Positions 24,553-35,626 of a stretch of 64,000 nt of DNA are shown in pieces. This stretch comes from Guillardia theta CCMP2712 (lineage: Eukaryota > Protista > Cryptophyta), in the NCBI RefSeq assembly GCF_000315625.1, contig NW_005434664.1, positions 891,462 through 955,461 of the forward strand, written 5' to 3'. The translations under genes and the position numbers were made by a program. The notes beneath the pieces are model-generated. The model was not told the DNA's origin. It did no database searches and saw only the letters and a list, made by a program, of their open reading frames with translations. Within the stretch, counting starts at the first letter, position 1. The number at the start of each line of letters is the position of its first letter.

Positions 24553-27500
24553 ATGGCAGCTGTCGAAGCGGCGGCAAGGTGATTGCGCTCCGATTTTGAG
24601 GAAGATCATGGTGGAGAATGCGAGAGCACATGCTTGCAAAGATTAGATGAGCAGAGAGCCGTTGCTCAAGCCCGAAGATAGAGCCAACAGGGTGCAGAAG
24701 CAGACATAGAAGCAGTAGCTGACTGGTGGCAAGATTTGTCCGATGCCATTGCGCTTCACGAACATGAATCGCAAGCTCGAAACATGAAATAATGAGATGC
24801 TGGAGTGAGAGAGGAATGCAAGTAGAGTTAGATATCCTAGGTACGGTACAATGATATGAACTCCCGGCCTCGAGAAATACACATGTAAACTCATGAGATT
24901 TATCTTGTTGACGTATTTGAAACCCTGGATGATTCAATGATAGTCGACATTTCCATTCCTTTGACAGCAGTTCTTGTCAGGAGACGGAGGATCCTTTTCG
25001 CATCGGCGCTCGCCGTGGTCGATCTCTATGCCCTTATCTCTACTTCCACTGATTTTCAGCCCGCCGCAGGCATATGCAGCGTACAGGCGCAATGGGAAGA
25101 AGCGAAATGATCAAGCGTCAACCCCTGCCCCACAGGTCACAGATACAAGCTTGTAAAGGGATATGATCATGATGTTCTGATCAGGACGCATCCGCGGATA
25201 CGGTAGCCAAGCACAAGTCAGCTGGTGATAACAGGGATGGTACATTTATCAGCTTTTGACAAGCTTGAGCAAGGCATCGACCGAGATTTTCTCCGAAGAC
25301 TTGCTAAACTACTTCCCATCTTGATACCATCCCCTTTTTGCAAAGAATCGTTCTATCTGGTGATGACCCTCTCTTCATCACAAACCCCCTTTTTGTGAAT
25401 TCTGCATCTAATCAAATTGATCGACTTGAACGCAGTTTCTCGTTGCGGTCTTGATGGTAGTCAGAACCCTGTGCGATGTGTGGCAGATTCGAAATGGTGA
25501 GTCGTGAAAGTGTTTGTGAAAGCGTTGCCTGCTCTGCGGAGTCTACCCTGGGCAAGATCATCAATGGAAACTGAATCCCACCGCTCAGGCACTTCAATCG
25601 AAACAGCGATCATCTCTCGTGACAAGAAAGCTTTCCGGTGACGGGCATTGGTTTCATGCCTGCCTGCTGTTCTCATCGTCTTTGCAGCAAGTACATGTTG
25701 AGATTTGTGGGCGCAATGCTTCCAATCGCGTTTGTTAACAATCTACTGAAGTGAGGCAAAAGTTTGGATATCCATGTCGTGTGACGTGTTTGTGGCAAGA
25801 TATGGATTGAATGAGATTGCCCTGTCCTTCAGAACGCGGCTGACTCAGCACCTCTACAAGGTTGATGCTGATCTGATAGCTGAAACGTACCCTAAGGCTG
25901 AAGCGATGTTGTTCCAGGAGTACCTCTCTGGTTTCACTTACTACAAGTTGTCCAACCTCGATAACCGCATTGGAAACCCCGATCAATTACTCACACAGGA
26001 TGTGGATAAATTTGCAACCAGGTTGGACCCTTATTGTCTCTTTCCCAGTCCTCTCCCCTTCCTCTTTTCATGTCTTTCTCCGTTGCTTATTTGCCGTTTG
26101 CCAACTCACTTGCGTCCCAGCCTCGCAGATTTGTACTCAAACGTATCGAAGCCGATTCTTGACATGTGACGATGGTGGTTTGTCCGTTGCTCCTCTCCTC
26201 ACTCGTTCCCCAGTGCCATCTACGCAAAGAAACTCGCCGAGAACGTGGGAAGTTTGTGGGCCCCAGGCACGTTATCTTCCTTTCCTTGGACTCCTGCTTC
26301 CGATTGCGTTTCTTCCTTCTGCTCCTCTCCTTCATTTTTTCAGTTGCTCATGCTCGAGTAGGCGCCATGCTCGCATACCTCGCTGCCTCTGGAGTTGTCT
26401 TGACGCACATGCGCCGACCTCTCGGGCAGTACACGGTGAAGGAGCAGAGATACGAGGGACAGTTCCGCCACGTCACAACAAGGTTCCTCCCCTTCCTTCA
26501 CTCCCTTCCTCCTCCCCCCCTTCCTCAATCGGTTCCATGGCCATAGAGCCAGCACAGAAAGCGACCAACAGTGAGTTGGCAAACACAACCGATGGAAAGG
26601 CAGTGCTGCAAGTTGGTTTGTAGTGTGAGCAGTCCAACAGGATCAAAAACTCCTCGCTGTCTTCTCTTCTTGTCCTTTCCTTCTGCTCGTGCGTGTGATT
26701 CAACTTTTGTTCCTGATAGAACTCTTTTTCCTCGCAGGATAATCTCCAACTCTGAGGAGATTGCCTTCTACCGGGGGAATACGCGGGAGTCACATTGGGT
26801 CGCGAAGTCGTTTGGAAAGCTGGAGCATCACATCAGAAAAGTGAAAGATCCTCCTCCCCCTCCTCAACACTTGTTGTCTCTGTTCTTGTTGTTGTCCTCG
26901 CTTACTCTTCCTCCGTCTTTGTCATCCCCCCTCCCTCCCTCCCTCTGCTTGTGCCTCTCCTGCTCCCTCACCGTATCCTGACGTTTCTGTTCGGCCCTCA
27001 GGTCATGCAGTTCAGGTTCGGGGTGGGAATGATAGACACCATCATCGCCAAGTACATGGCGACAGTGGTCGGGTACCACATCGTCAGCCGCCCTCTTCTC
27101 AACATGAGCAACCCCAAGCACGTCAACAGCACGCAGAATGAGCTGCAGGAGGAGTACTATCGGAGCGGGAGGATGATGTTGCAGATGGCGCAGGTGTGCA
27201 TGTTGGTGTATGATGAGCTCGGAGTGAGAGAGGGAGAACTGAGATAGCTTCATACCTTTGATTGTTGAGATGCATTCCCCCCCCCCAACTTCTTGATGCT
27301 CTGTTCCCCCACGCCTTGCTGGCTGTGTAAGAGCAAGGTGGCTGAGCGGTTGGCAGGCTGTCGGGCGGTTGGTGCTGGCGGGTAGAGAGTTGACAAGGCT
27401 TGCTGGTTTCACCGCACGAATCGACGAGCTTGAGAATGTCTTGAAGGAGCTTCAGGTCTTCAGCCTTCTCTACCCTCCTCCTCCTCCTCCTCCTCCTCCT

Positions 27501-28457
27501 CCTTGGCCTCTTCTTCCTTCATTCCTTCCACTCCCACTCCCACTTCCATGGTCCAGTGGATTTTCTCGTTCTCTCATTCCTTCTCGTCAATTCTCGTCGA
27601 TCATCCTTCGCTACCCCTCCTACCCTCCTCTTCCTCGTTACACATTGACACGGCACTAGGAGGACAAGTACCAACGCACACTCGTCCGCTCCTCCAGCAG
27701 GCGGAACTTGGACCCTCCCAGGCTCAGGGACGGCGAGCTGGACCAGCAGGACCTGCAACCAGGCAGAGGCATCAAGATCGAGCAAGACGGCATCATCCGC
27801 TTCGAGAACGTTCCCATCGTGACCCCCAACTCCGAGGTCCTGGTGGACAGCCTTTCCTTCGAGGTGAAGCAGGGGATGAATACTCTGATCTGCGGGCCCA
27901 ACGGCTGCGGCAAGAGCTCCTTGTTCCGCATCTTGGGGGACCTCTGGCCGGTCTTCGGGGGGAAGGTGATGAAGCCCAAGCCCGAGCGGATCTTCTACAT
28001 CCCTCAGAAGCCCTACCTGTGCCTGGGGACTCTGAGGGACCAGGTGATCTACCCGCACAGCAGGGAGCTCATGTGGAGCAGCGGCAAGAAGGACGACGAC
28101 CTCCTCGACCTCCTCGACCGCGTCAGCCTCGGGTACCTCGTGCACTCGCGCGAGTCGGGTTGGGAGAGCGTGGAGGACTGGGCGGACGTGCTGAGCGGAG
28201 GAGAGAAGCAGCGGCTGGCCATGGCCCGCCTCTTCTACCACAAGCCGCAGTTCGCCATCCTTGACGAGTGCACTAGTGCAGTGAGCGTCGACGTGGAGGG
28301 GATGATGTACTCCGAGTGCCAGCGGCAGGGAATAACGCTCCTCACGGTCTCCCACAGGAAGTCGCTGTGGAAGTACCACGAGTGGCTGCTGAGGTTCGAC
28401 GGGGAAGGAGGAGCAGAGTTCATGTCGATACAGGGATGTGAACAGTTCGGGTCGTGA
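24553..28457 (+). CDS. ABCD3: Peroxisomal ABC half-transporter, ABCD3/PMP70-like (multi-exon; 5' end approximate)
   Basis: [30 protein letters not shown]-like motif [28 protein letters not shown], Walker [42 protein letters not shown]. Confidence 0.93.
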
Positions 28458-28606
28458 GGAGGGGCAGGAATGAGGACTTTATTTCTTTTATTGAATTCAA
28501 GCGCTCTGTATTATCACTTACACTCCTCCACCACCTCCCTCCCCTCCCTCCCTCCCTCCCTCCCTCCCTCCCTCCCTCCCGGCTACATCCTCCTCCTCCT
28601 GGACGT

Positions 28607-29834
28607 CTACTTCAACGTCTGATCCCCTGCAGAGGAGGCGACGGGGGTTCTTCTTATCTTCTCCATCTGCATGTTCGCGAGGAAGTTTGGGAACTGCGAC
28701 GACCTCTCCATGGCGTCGCAGAACCCGGCGAAGGAGACCGTCCCCTTCCTGTCCAGGTCAAACCAGCGCAGCAGCGGCTCGTTCTCCTCCTCCGCCAGGT
28801 CCACGTGGAACATGCTGAGGATGTCGCTCAGCCTCTCGAGCTTCACCTCTCCCGCCCCGTCCTGATACGCCAGGAAGGCCAGCCGGATCGCCTCCTTGTC
28901 CTCGTCAAACTTGTGCCGCAAGAGCTTCATGCTGTCGTGTAGCGTCAGCTTGCGCAGCTGCGCGTCAACTGTCGTCTCATCGTTGTTGAGGAACTTCTTG
29001 GTGAAGTTGTCGCAGTCGAGGATTCGAAACCTGAAGGCGTTCACCTCCACCACCTCCCCGACAGGGAAGTCTTGTGCCGTGTAGTTCTTGCCCGTCTTGG
29101 GGTTCTTCATCTGGATCCTCTCCAGGAATTTACCTCCAACGATGCCTGAGTTCTGCTGCGGCGGCTCGAAGACGCTGACCGTGTCGTCGGCGAGGAAGAA
29201 GGAGATCACGAACTTCCTGTCCATCTCCTCCTCCCCCTGCGGGTCTTCGAACTTCCCCAGGAACCGAAGCGCCTTTCCTTGCATCTCGATCAGCTTCCTC
29301 CCGTCCTTCTTCGGCTGCTTCGGCACAAGGCTGTACATGCAAGCAAGCGAGTCCTCCTCCGACCCGAAGCCCGTGGGTGGAGGGATCGTGCGCGCCGGGG
29401 GCTCAGCAGCGGGCGTGCGGATCCTGTCGGTGAGGGGGGGGGGCTGGGTAATGTTGTACTTGGAGAGAAAGTGGCTCCTCGTGAAGTCATCGCAGTCATA
29501 GACGAAGAACTCGCGGCCGAACACGTCGACCTTGTTGCCGATAATGAAGTCCTTGTCCTTGTAGTGCTCCGACGGCCCATGGCCGATGCTCTGCAGCGCC
29601 TCCTTGGAGTTGACGGGAAGCTTCTGCCTCCTCAGCATCTTGGAGAAGGAGCCCCTGCCGTCGTTGGGCATGTGAATCTCGCAGATCTCTACCGTGTCGT
29701 CCTCGAGGTAGAAGTGGAGGGTGAAGGGCCTCCGCTCTCCGTAGAGCCTCTCCCTGTCATCCCACTGCAGAGACGTCAGGCAAAGTCATCTCCCTCCTCC
29801 CCCCTCCTCCTGTTCATCTTCTCTCCTTTTTGCC

Positions 29835-29875
<41 letters not shown>

Positions 29876-31116
29876 TTCCTCGTCCTCGTCCTCCACTTTA
29901 TCTTTCTCCTTCTCTTCTCTCCTTCTCCTTTTTTCCTTCATCTTCCTCCTGACCGTTCCCTACATCCTCTGCTGATCCCTCTACATCTTCATGCTCATCA
30001 CCATGCAGTAGAACCGCAGAACTTTTCGGTTGAAGTCTAAGAATCGCCGCCGTCTGTCGATGTCTTTCTTGGGCGTCGTCTGCCATCACCGCCAGTCATC
30101 ACGTGCAGTTAGGCTCGCCGCATGTTGTTCACCTTCTCCTCTGCTGCCTTGCGCCGCATGATATAAGGGTCCGAAGGAATGTTGACCTGCTCTCCTTGCT
30201 CGATTCCTTCATTCCTACGAGCAAGAGCGACATGAGGAGAAGTACAGGGCGAGGGGAAGAGAGCACTTGTAGAAGTCTCTTGTGAACTTGTCGCAGTTTG
30301 TGATGGTGATCTCTCGGCCTGCATCAGGTCGGTCCTCCCCTTCCTCCCCTTCCTCTCCTCCTCTGTTGGTCACCGTAGACGTTCAAGATCTCCCCGACGC
30401 GGATGTCTCTCCATGTCAAGAAATCTTTCGGACGAGAATCCTTCTCCATGCGAGGAACTTTGTGCCTCTTGAGGAACGTACCTGCAGACCAGCCTCAGCT
30501 TGTTCGCATCAACAAGGTCCAAGCAATCAGTTCGACAACATTCAAGCAATCAGTATATCAACATGTACAAACCTTGCGTGAGGCCGCTATTCTCCTGCTT
30601 GATCTCGTTAATCTTCAAGCTGTTGTCGACGAGGTAGTACCACACGGAGAACTTGCGGATGGAGTAGTCTGACGGCAAACACGTCAAGAAAAGAACCGAG
30701 TCACAACTTGTCCGCACCTCCTTGAGAGTCTGGGATCTCGTCCTTCAAGAACGCTTCAAACTTGAGCACCTTCCCGTCCAGGGTGACGTATGAAGGAATG
30801 AACTTCTCCTCAGTCGTCGGTATCCTCAGGCTTGCTGCCAAGGGCGCGTCCTCCCTACTTGATGGGAACATGCGGCTCTTGTCGATCTCGCTCTCTTCTT
30901 CAAGAGATTGCACATAGCTGTAACCTGATGCGCACAGTCAGCCCTCAGCTCTCCACGTCCCTGCAACGAGCCTGATTTATACTCCAACGTCCTCGTCCTG
31001 CCGTTTCTGCTCAACAACGTCACTGGTTGTTCTGTCTGTCATGCTTCAGCTTGCCTGCGGATCGGGGAGTCATCGATGATGTAGCCGGGCAACTTGGGTA
31101 TCGGAAGGGAATCCAT
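28607..31116 (-). CDS. EFHC1: EFHC1/Rib72-family axonemal DM10-domain protein with C-terminal EF-hand
   Basis: N-terminal PKLPG; DM10 segments (LDGKVLKFEA..YYLVDNSLKI; PFTLHFYLEDDTVEI..NDGRG; KALRF..FVISFFLADDTVSVFEPPQQNSGIVGGKFLER); EF-hand DLDRKGTVSFAGF. Confidence 0.9.
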
Positions 31117-32566
31117 GTCTGAGGTAACGAGCACCTATCAGGTTGCGATGCGATGATACATCATCATCATGCTCGCTATAAGTTAGCAGCTCATGTCACG
31201 TTGGATGGCATCGATGATAAAATCATAGAAGGAACTCAGAAAGATGGCAGGGAGATGAGATTGGTTGAAATGTCACTGTAGAAACACTTGTAACTCATTC
31301 GATTCGTTACTCTGTCCATTAGACTGTTCCACAAAGGCTTCGATCCTCAGAAGTGTCTCTACATGCCTCCTCCTTCTCCATCACCTCCTTTGCCGACTCC
31401 TCCTGCCGCCTCCTCTCCTCTACTCCTACCCCCTTCTTCTCTCCTCCTCCCACCCCCTCCCCTCCTCCCTCTTCTCCATCCTCCTAAGGGCAGTGCATTG
31501 CGTTAGGCCCACCGTCTCTGGTCGCTGGGTCCCAGGTAGACAAGGTAATGACATATCCAATTTCAATTAGCGTCTCTACTAGTAAAATTAGAAGGTATAC
31601 CAGGCCAGAGGTCAGAAGGAGATCCGTTTCAACGGCAGTCCCTGGGCATTTGTAGAGTAGGCGTGTTGATGAAGGAGTACCGTACCGAGATCAAGTTGGA
31701 AGTTCTACGAGGGAAGAGAAGGAGCGGAGGAGGCGCAGGGAAAAGCTGAGGGCCAAGGAAGGAGGAAGACGCAGATGGACAAGGAAACAGACAGGGGCAG
31801 GGGCAGGTGCAGGGGCAGGTGCAGGTGCAGGTGCAGGTGCAGGTGCAGGGGTAGAGGCAGGTGCAGATGCAGGGGCAGGGGCAGGGGCATGGCAGGAGCA
31901 GGCAGAGAGTAAGCAAGTCAGGCAAGGTGGAGTGAGAGGTATGTTCCAACTTAGAATCCCCAGATCGCTTCAGTTAATGGGACAAGAGGGGAGGAAGTTG
32001 GACTTGCTCTATTAATATTGCTCTTAACAAGATTGATCTGAATCAAACATTTACAGCTGAAGCGATAAGACATAACTATCTACCATGTTACAGTAAATGC
32101 TAGGAATGCCGCCTTCGAATTCTTTGTTGAAACTTCATTTTTAACATGGGAGCAAGAGAAATTCCTATAGTTCCTTGCTAGAAGTTTATTGCGCCGTACA
32201 GGCCCCGCGGTGTCAAATGCAGCACAGACGCTTCAAATCGAAAACACACCTGGGGATTCCGTGTGATCGAAACAGCCGCTGATATTTCACGATGGTGACT
32301 ATTCATCACAAATATCAGAGGAAGAGGGAGACGAACCAGACAAATCCAGCAGCATACCGTCGAGAGCTATCACCTCATTTCCTCCATTGGTAAGTGCTGA
32401 GATAGGGCACTTGGAAAAAGAAAAACATGTGATGAGTGTGTTGATTTCAGAGTGATGTCTTCTAAAACATATGTGACCTACAGCTCTTTATATCCATACA
32501 CAACCCACCTGATGGATATCGAGGACGTATCTTGCCGACCGTTCGCACACACATGCTCAACTCTTC

Positions 32567-32617
32567 CTACTCCTGGAGGACTTGAACCTCCCCGTGGGCC
32601 TCAGACCCTTCAGAGCA
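32567..32617 (-). ncRNA. tRNA-like element (no anticodon arm) downstream of U3 copy A
   Basis: Reverse complement identical to 33959-34009: T arm GGAGG-TTCAAGT-CCTCC, hairpin GGGTC-TGA-GGCCC, acceptor-like stem TGCTCT/GGAGTA. Confidence 0.6.
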
Positions 32618-32623
32618 AAAGAT

Positions 32624-33042
32624 TCACACCTCATCAGAACCGGGTAGCCTCCCTCCTGCAAATGCACGTTGGCAAATGTAGGAACGTTCATCTATGAAGG
32701 TCGAGTGCGAACACTCGAGTCTCCTGCATCCCGCTCAGGAGGAACCCGCGCAATTCGTCTTCTGAGGTGTGAGAGTCGTCTTGATTGGTTCATCAAAACG
32801 AGAGAATGTACTTTAGAAATGATCCTGTAAAGTACTGCACACAGACAGTCAGCATCCCGCACAATCGCACAACGTACACGAAGACGCGAGGGGAGAAAAA
32901 GGATACTGGGATGAGGCGAGAGAGAGAAGAGGAAGCAGCAAGAGAGGGAAGGACAGGGAAGGACAAGGAAGGACAGGAAGCAGAGGGACAGAGTATGAGG
33001 ATCGGCATGATATCTGTGCATAGCGTCTGCTCACCAGTCGTT
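32624..33042 (-). ncRNA. U3: U3 snoRNA copy A, split by a 200-nt spliceosomal intron (exons 33035-33042 and 32624-32834)
   Basis: Spliced 5' end AACGACTG|TACTTTACAGGATCATTTCTAAAG gives GAC box, box A' and box A; boxes C', B, C, D and a 10-bp terminal stem follow; exons identical to copy B. Confidence 0.9.
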
Positions 33043-33066
33043 GATTCTCGCTGTCCTGGGTCAGGC

Positions 33067-33073
33067 TTTTATA
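33067..33073 (-). promoter_or_regulatory. TATA box of U3 copy A
   Basis: TATAAAA about 30 nt upstream of the predicted U3 5' end. Confidence 0.75.
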
Positions 33074-33496
33074 CCCTTCTCCCCGCCATCCCCTACCCCA
33101 CCCCCATGTCATAGCCTTCTACGTTTTACTACCCTTCTTTGGACTACCTCACACCCCCCTGAAGACTACCCCTACCTACCCTAATGATCACTTCTCCACT
33201 AGGGGGCTTCATCGCACGTGAAGTTTGGTCACACGTGCAATACCCCACCCCACCCACCAAATAGTATACAATACCCCTCCATTCTGAACTCATGACCCTC
33301 CCCCTGTTCCTGTTGAGGGGGTTGATCACGTGCGGGGATACTCGTGGGGGTACTAATCCCATCTATGAAATACATGGGAAGACAGGGGTACTACTGTAGG
33401 GAAATGTGGCGTGGGTGGCAAATTGAAAGATGGGTAGGGGTATTGAAGAAGCAGGTTTAGTCATAGGGGTGGGGTAGGGGATGGCGGGGAGAAGGG

Positions 33497-33503
33497 TATA
33501 AAA
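33497..33503 (+). promoter_or_regulatory. TATA box of U3 copy B
   Basis: TATAAAA about 30 nt upstream of the predicted U3 5' end at 33528. Confidence 0.75.
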
Positions 33504-33527
33504 GCCTGACCCAGGACAGCGAGAATC

Positions 33528-33952
33528 AACGACTGGTGAGCAGACGCTATGCAGTGATATCATGCCGATCCTCATACTCTGTCCCCTCCCTGTCCTTCCC
33601 TGTCCTTCCCTGTCCTTCCCTGTCCTTCCCTCTCTTGCTGCTTCCTCTTCTCTCTCTCGCCTCATCCCAGTATCCTTTTTCTCCCCTCGCGTCTTCGTGT
33701 ACGTTGTGCGATTGTACGGGATGCTGACTGTCTGTGTGCAGTACTTTACAGGATCATTTCTAAAGTACATTCTCTCGTTTTGATGAACCAATCAAGACGA
33801 CTCTCACACCTCAGAAGACGAATTGCGCGGGTTCCTCCTGAGCGGGATGCAGGAGACTCGAGTGTTCGCACTCGACCTTCATAGATGAACGTTCCTACAT
33901 TTGCCAACGTGCATTTGCAGGAGGGAGGCTACCCGGTTCTGATGAGGTGTGA
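33528..33952 (+). ncRNA. U3: U3 snoRNA copy B, split by a 206-nt spliceosomal intron (exons 33528-33535 and 33742-33952)
   Basis: Donor GTGAGC 33536, branch CTGAC 33724-33728, acceptor TGCAG 33741; box A' TACTT, box A GGATCATTTCT, C' GAAGACGA 33814-33821, B GAGCGGGA 33840-33847, C AGATGA 33883-33888, D CTGA 33939-33942; stem TCACACCTCA 33804-33813 pairs with TGAGGTGTGA 33943-33952; mature length ~219 nt. Confidence 0.9.
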
Positions 33953-33958
33953 ATCTTT

Positions 33959-34009
33959 TGCTCTGAAGGGTCTGAGGCCCACGGGGAGGTTCAAGTCCTC
34001 CAGGAGTAG
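33959..34009 (+). ncRNA. tRNA-like element (no anticodon arm) downstream of U3 copy B
   Basis: T stem 33985-33989/33997-34001 with loop TTCAAGT; hairpin 33968-33980; acceptor-like stem 33959-33964/34003-34008. Confidence 0.6.
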
Positions 34010-34095
34010 GAAGAGTGGAATATGTTTGTGTCTTTATTCATGATTCGTGTGAGTATCTGGGTCAACATGATTCACGAAGAGCATAAGCACACTGA

Positions 34096-34930
34096 TCAAG
34101 TTTTACCTTTATTCATTTGGATTCTCCTGCACAGTCGTCGCCTGCGTTCGCCAACACGAGCTGTTCCGAAATGAAGTGTCGCTGCTTCAACACTAGATCT
34201 AGTTCTTGTGCCACTTTTTGTTTCTCTGTTTTGTATCTTGACAGCTTCTCTGTAAATGTATTCAAACATGAAAGTTGGAAAGTGCTGCAGACCTCTCAGG
34301 TCAGCAATTTCTTCATCTTTCCTACGCACAACCTGCATTATATGTCAGTGGACAAGGCTGTTTTGCAAGGAGTGAGAGAAGAGTCGCAGGTCACCTGGAC
34401 ATAATTGTCTTCGAGCTCTTTTCTTCTTTCTAAGTTCTTACAAGCATTGTCCACTCTTGCAAGACTCTCCCGTGTCTGTTTGGCCGTGGAAACCACGCTG
34501 TTCAGGTCTCGCCGCTTCGAGCTTTCAGTACTGGCTTGCATCGCATCCATGGCCGACCGACATCTCTGTAGCTCGAGCTCTAGAATCTTGGCATTCGTCT
34601 TGAGAGCGCTACATTCACTCTTCAGGCTCTCGTTCTCGCTTCTAAGGCCTTCCACTTCTTGTTGTAACTGTTGGACCTTTCTTTCATACACCTGATCAGC
34701 AAACAGGCCCGTCATTCCCTGTCAGTCTGAGCCCCGTCCTGTCAAATAGAGGATTCATTCGCATACCGATGTGGTAACCTCCTTCTGAATTCGAAGAACG
34801 TCGCTCATTTGTTGGCAAGCCAGTGCCTGAAAATTTATTTCATTTCCCTGGCTCCAACAGGCAAGCTGCCTGTAGGAATTACCGAGATGCTCGTCCAGGT
34901 GGCATCAAATTGTTCCACCCCTCTGCTCAT
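34096..34930 (-). CDS. Coiled-coil protein of unknown function, multi-exon
   Basis: MSRGVEQFDATWTSIS / ALACQQMSDVLRIQKE / VYERKVQQLQQEVEGLRSENESLK.. / VVRRKDEEIADLR.. separated by short GT-AG introns. Confidence 0.6.
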
Positions 34931-35626
34931 CTTCACAAGACGTCTTATCCTCCTTGTTCCCTTTCAATAGATCCACCTCCTGACTGTACGCGAGTTTCTC
35001 TCCTTTCAAATGATCCCACTGTTCCTCGCCCTGCTCCTGGCGCTCTTGACGCTGCACCTGCTGCTCCACCTTCTCGTTCCGCTACACCTGCTGCTCCACC
35101 TTCCCCCGCTCCTGTTCGTCCTGCATCATCTCTGCCTCTTTCTTTCAGAGAGTTCTCCTCTCCTGTGCTCCTGTGCTCCTCTCTGACCTCCTCACCGCGT
35201 CTTCGCCATCACCTGCCCCGCCATTTCAATGTCCGAGTAGCGGAACCGGGAGTATGGCAGACCATCAGTGCATATTTTTCTTCAGATTTTTCTTCCCCTC
35301 CCTCCCTCCCTCCTTTTCTTCCCCCCTCCCTCCCTTCTTCCCTCCCTCCCGTGTTCCTCCTCTTCCTTCTATCATCTGCCCCTCCTCTCCTGTCTTCTAT
35401 CCTCATTCTCATCCAACATACCCGCTCTCCACCCAACCTCCTCACTTCCCGTCCTCCCCTGGTCGCCTCCTCATTTCCACCCGACCGCACCCCCTCTTCC
35501 TTCTCTCCCAACTTCTATTCTGAGCTTCACCCATACCGCCTTCTGCATTCAACCTTGCCGCTATCCCCGCCCTCTTCCCGGCAGCTGGCTGACCTGAACC
35601 TTTCCCATTCGTTGCGCTCATCTGCC

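Larger units (their letters stand above)
32560..34016. repeat. Inverted duplication: arms ~32560-33108 and ~33462-34016, ~350-bp spacer
   Basis: The arms are reverse complements; the differences I found lie in the intron and at the outer promoter edge. Confidence 0.95.

Noticed and set aside
31270-32500. Possible minus-strand multi-exon gene downstream of U3 copy A
   Set aside because: Intron-like signals are present, but I could not assemble a consistent frame or recognise a family; transcript data are needed
32692-33791. Duplicated short ORFs (MVHQNERMYF.., MPILILCP..) in the inverted repeat
   Set aside because: They run through the U3 intron's simple repeats and differ by indels between copies; the U3 box structure explains the conservation far better
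33959-34009. Canonical tRNA gene, or a hammerhead ribozyme from CTGATGA at 33939
   Set aside because: No anticodon arm or D-loop consensus; CTGA is U3 box D and the GAAA hammerhead core is missing
32560-34016. Inverted repeat as a foldback or TIR transposon
   Set aside because: No target-site duplication or transposase seen; the arms correspond to promoter, U3 and 3' element
34823-35626. P/S/L-rich N-terminal extension of the TPR ORF
   Set aside because: Low-complexity pyrimidine-rich DNA that overlaps the start of the divergent gene; likely UTR, intron or promoter
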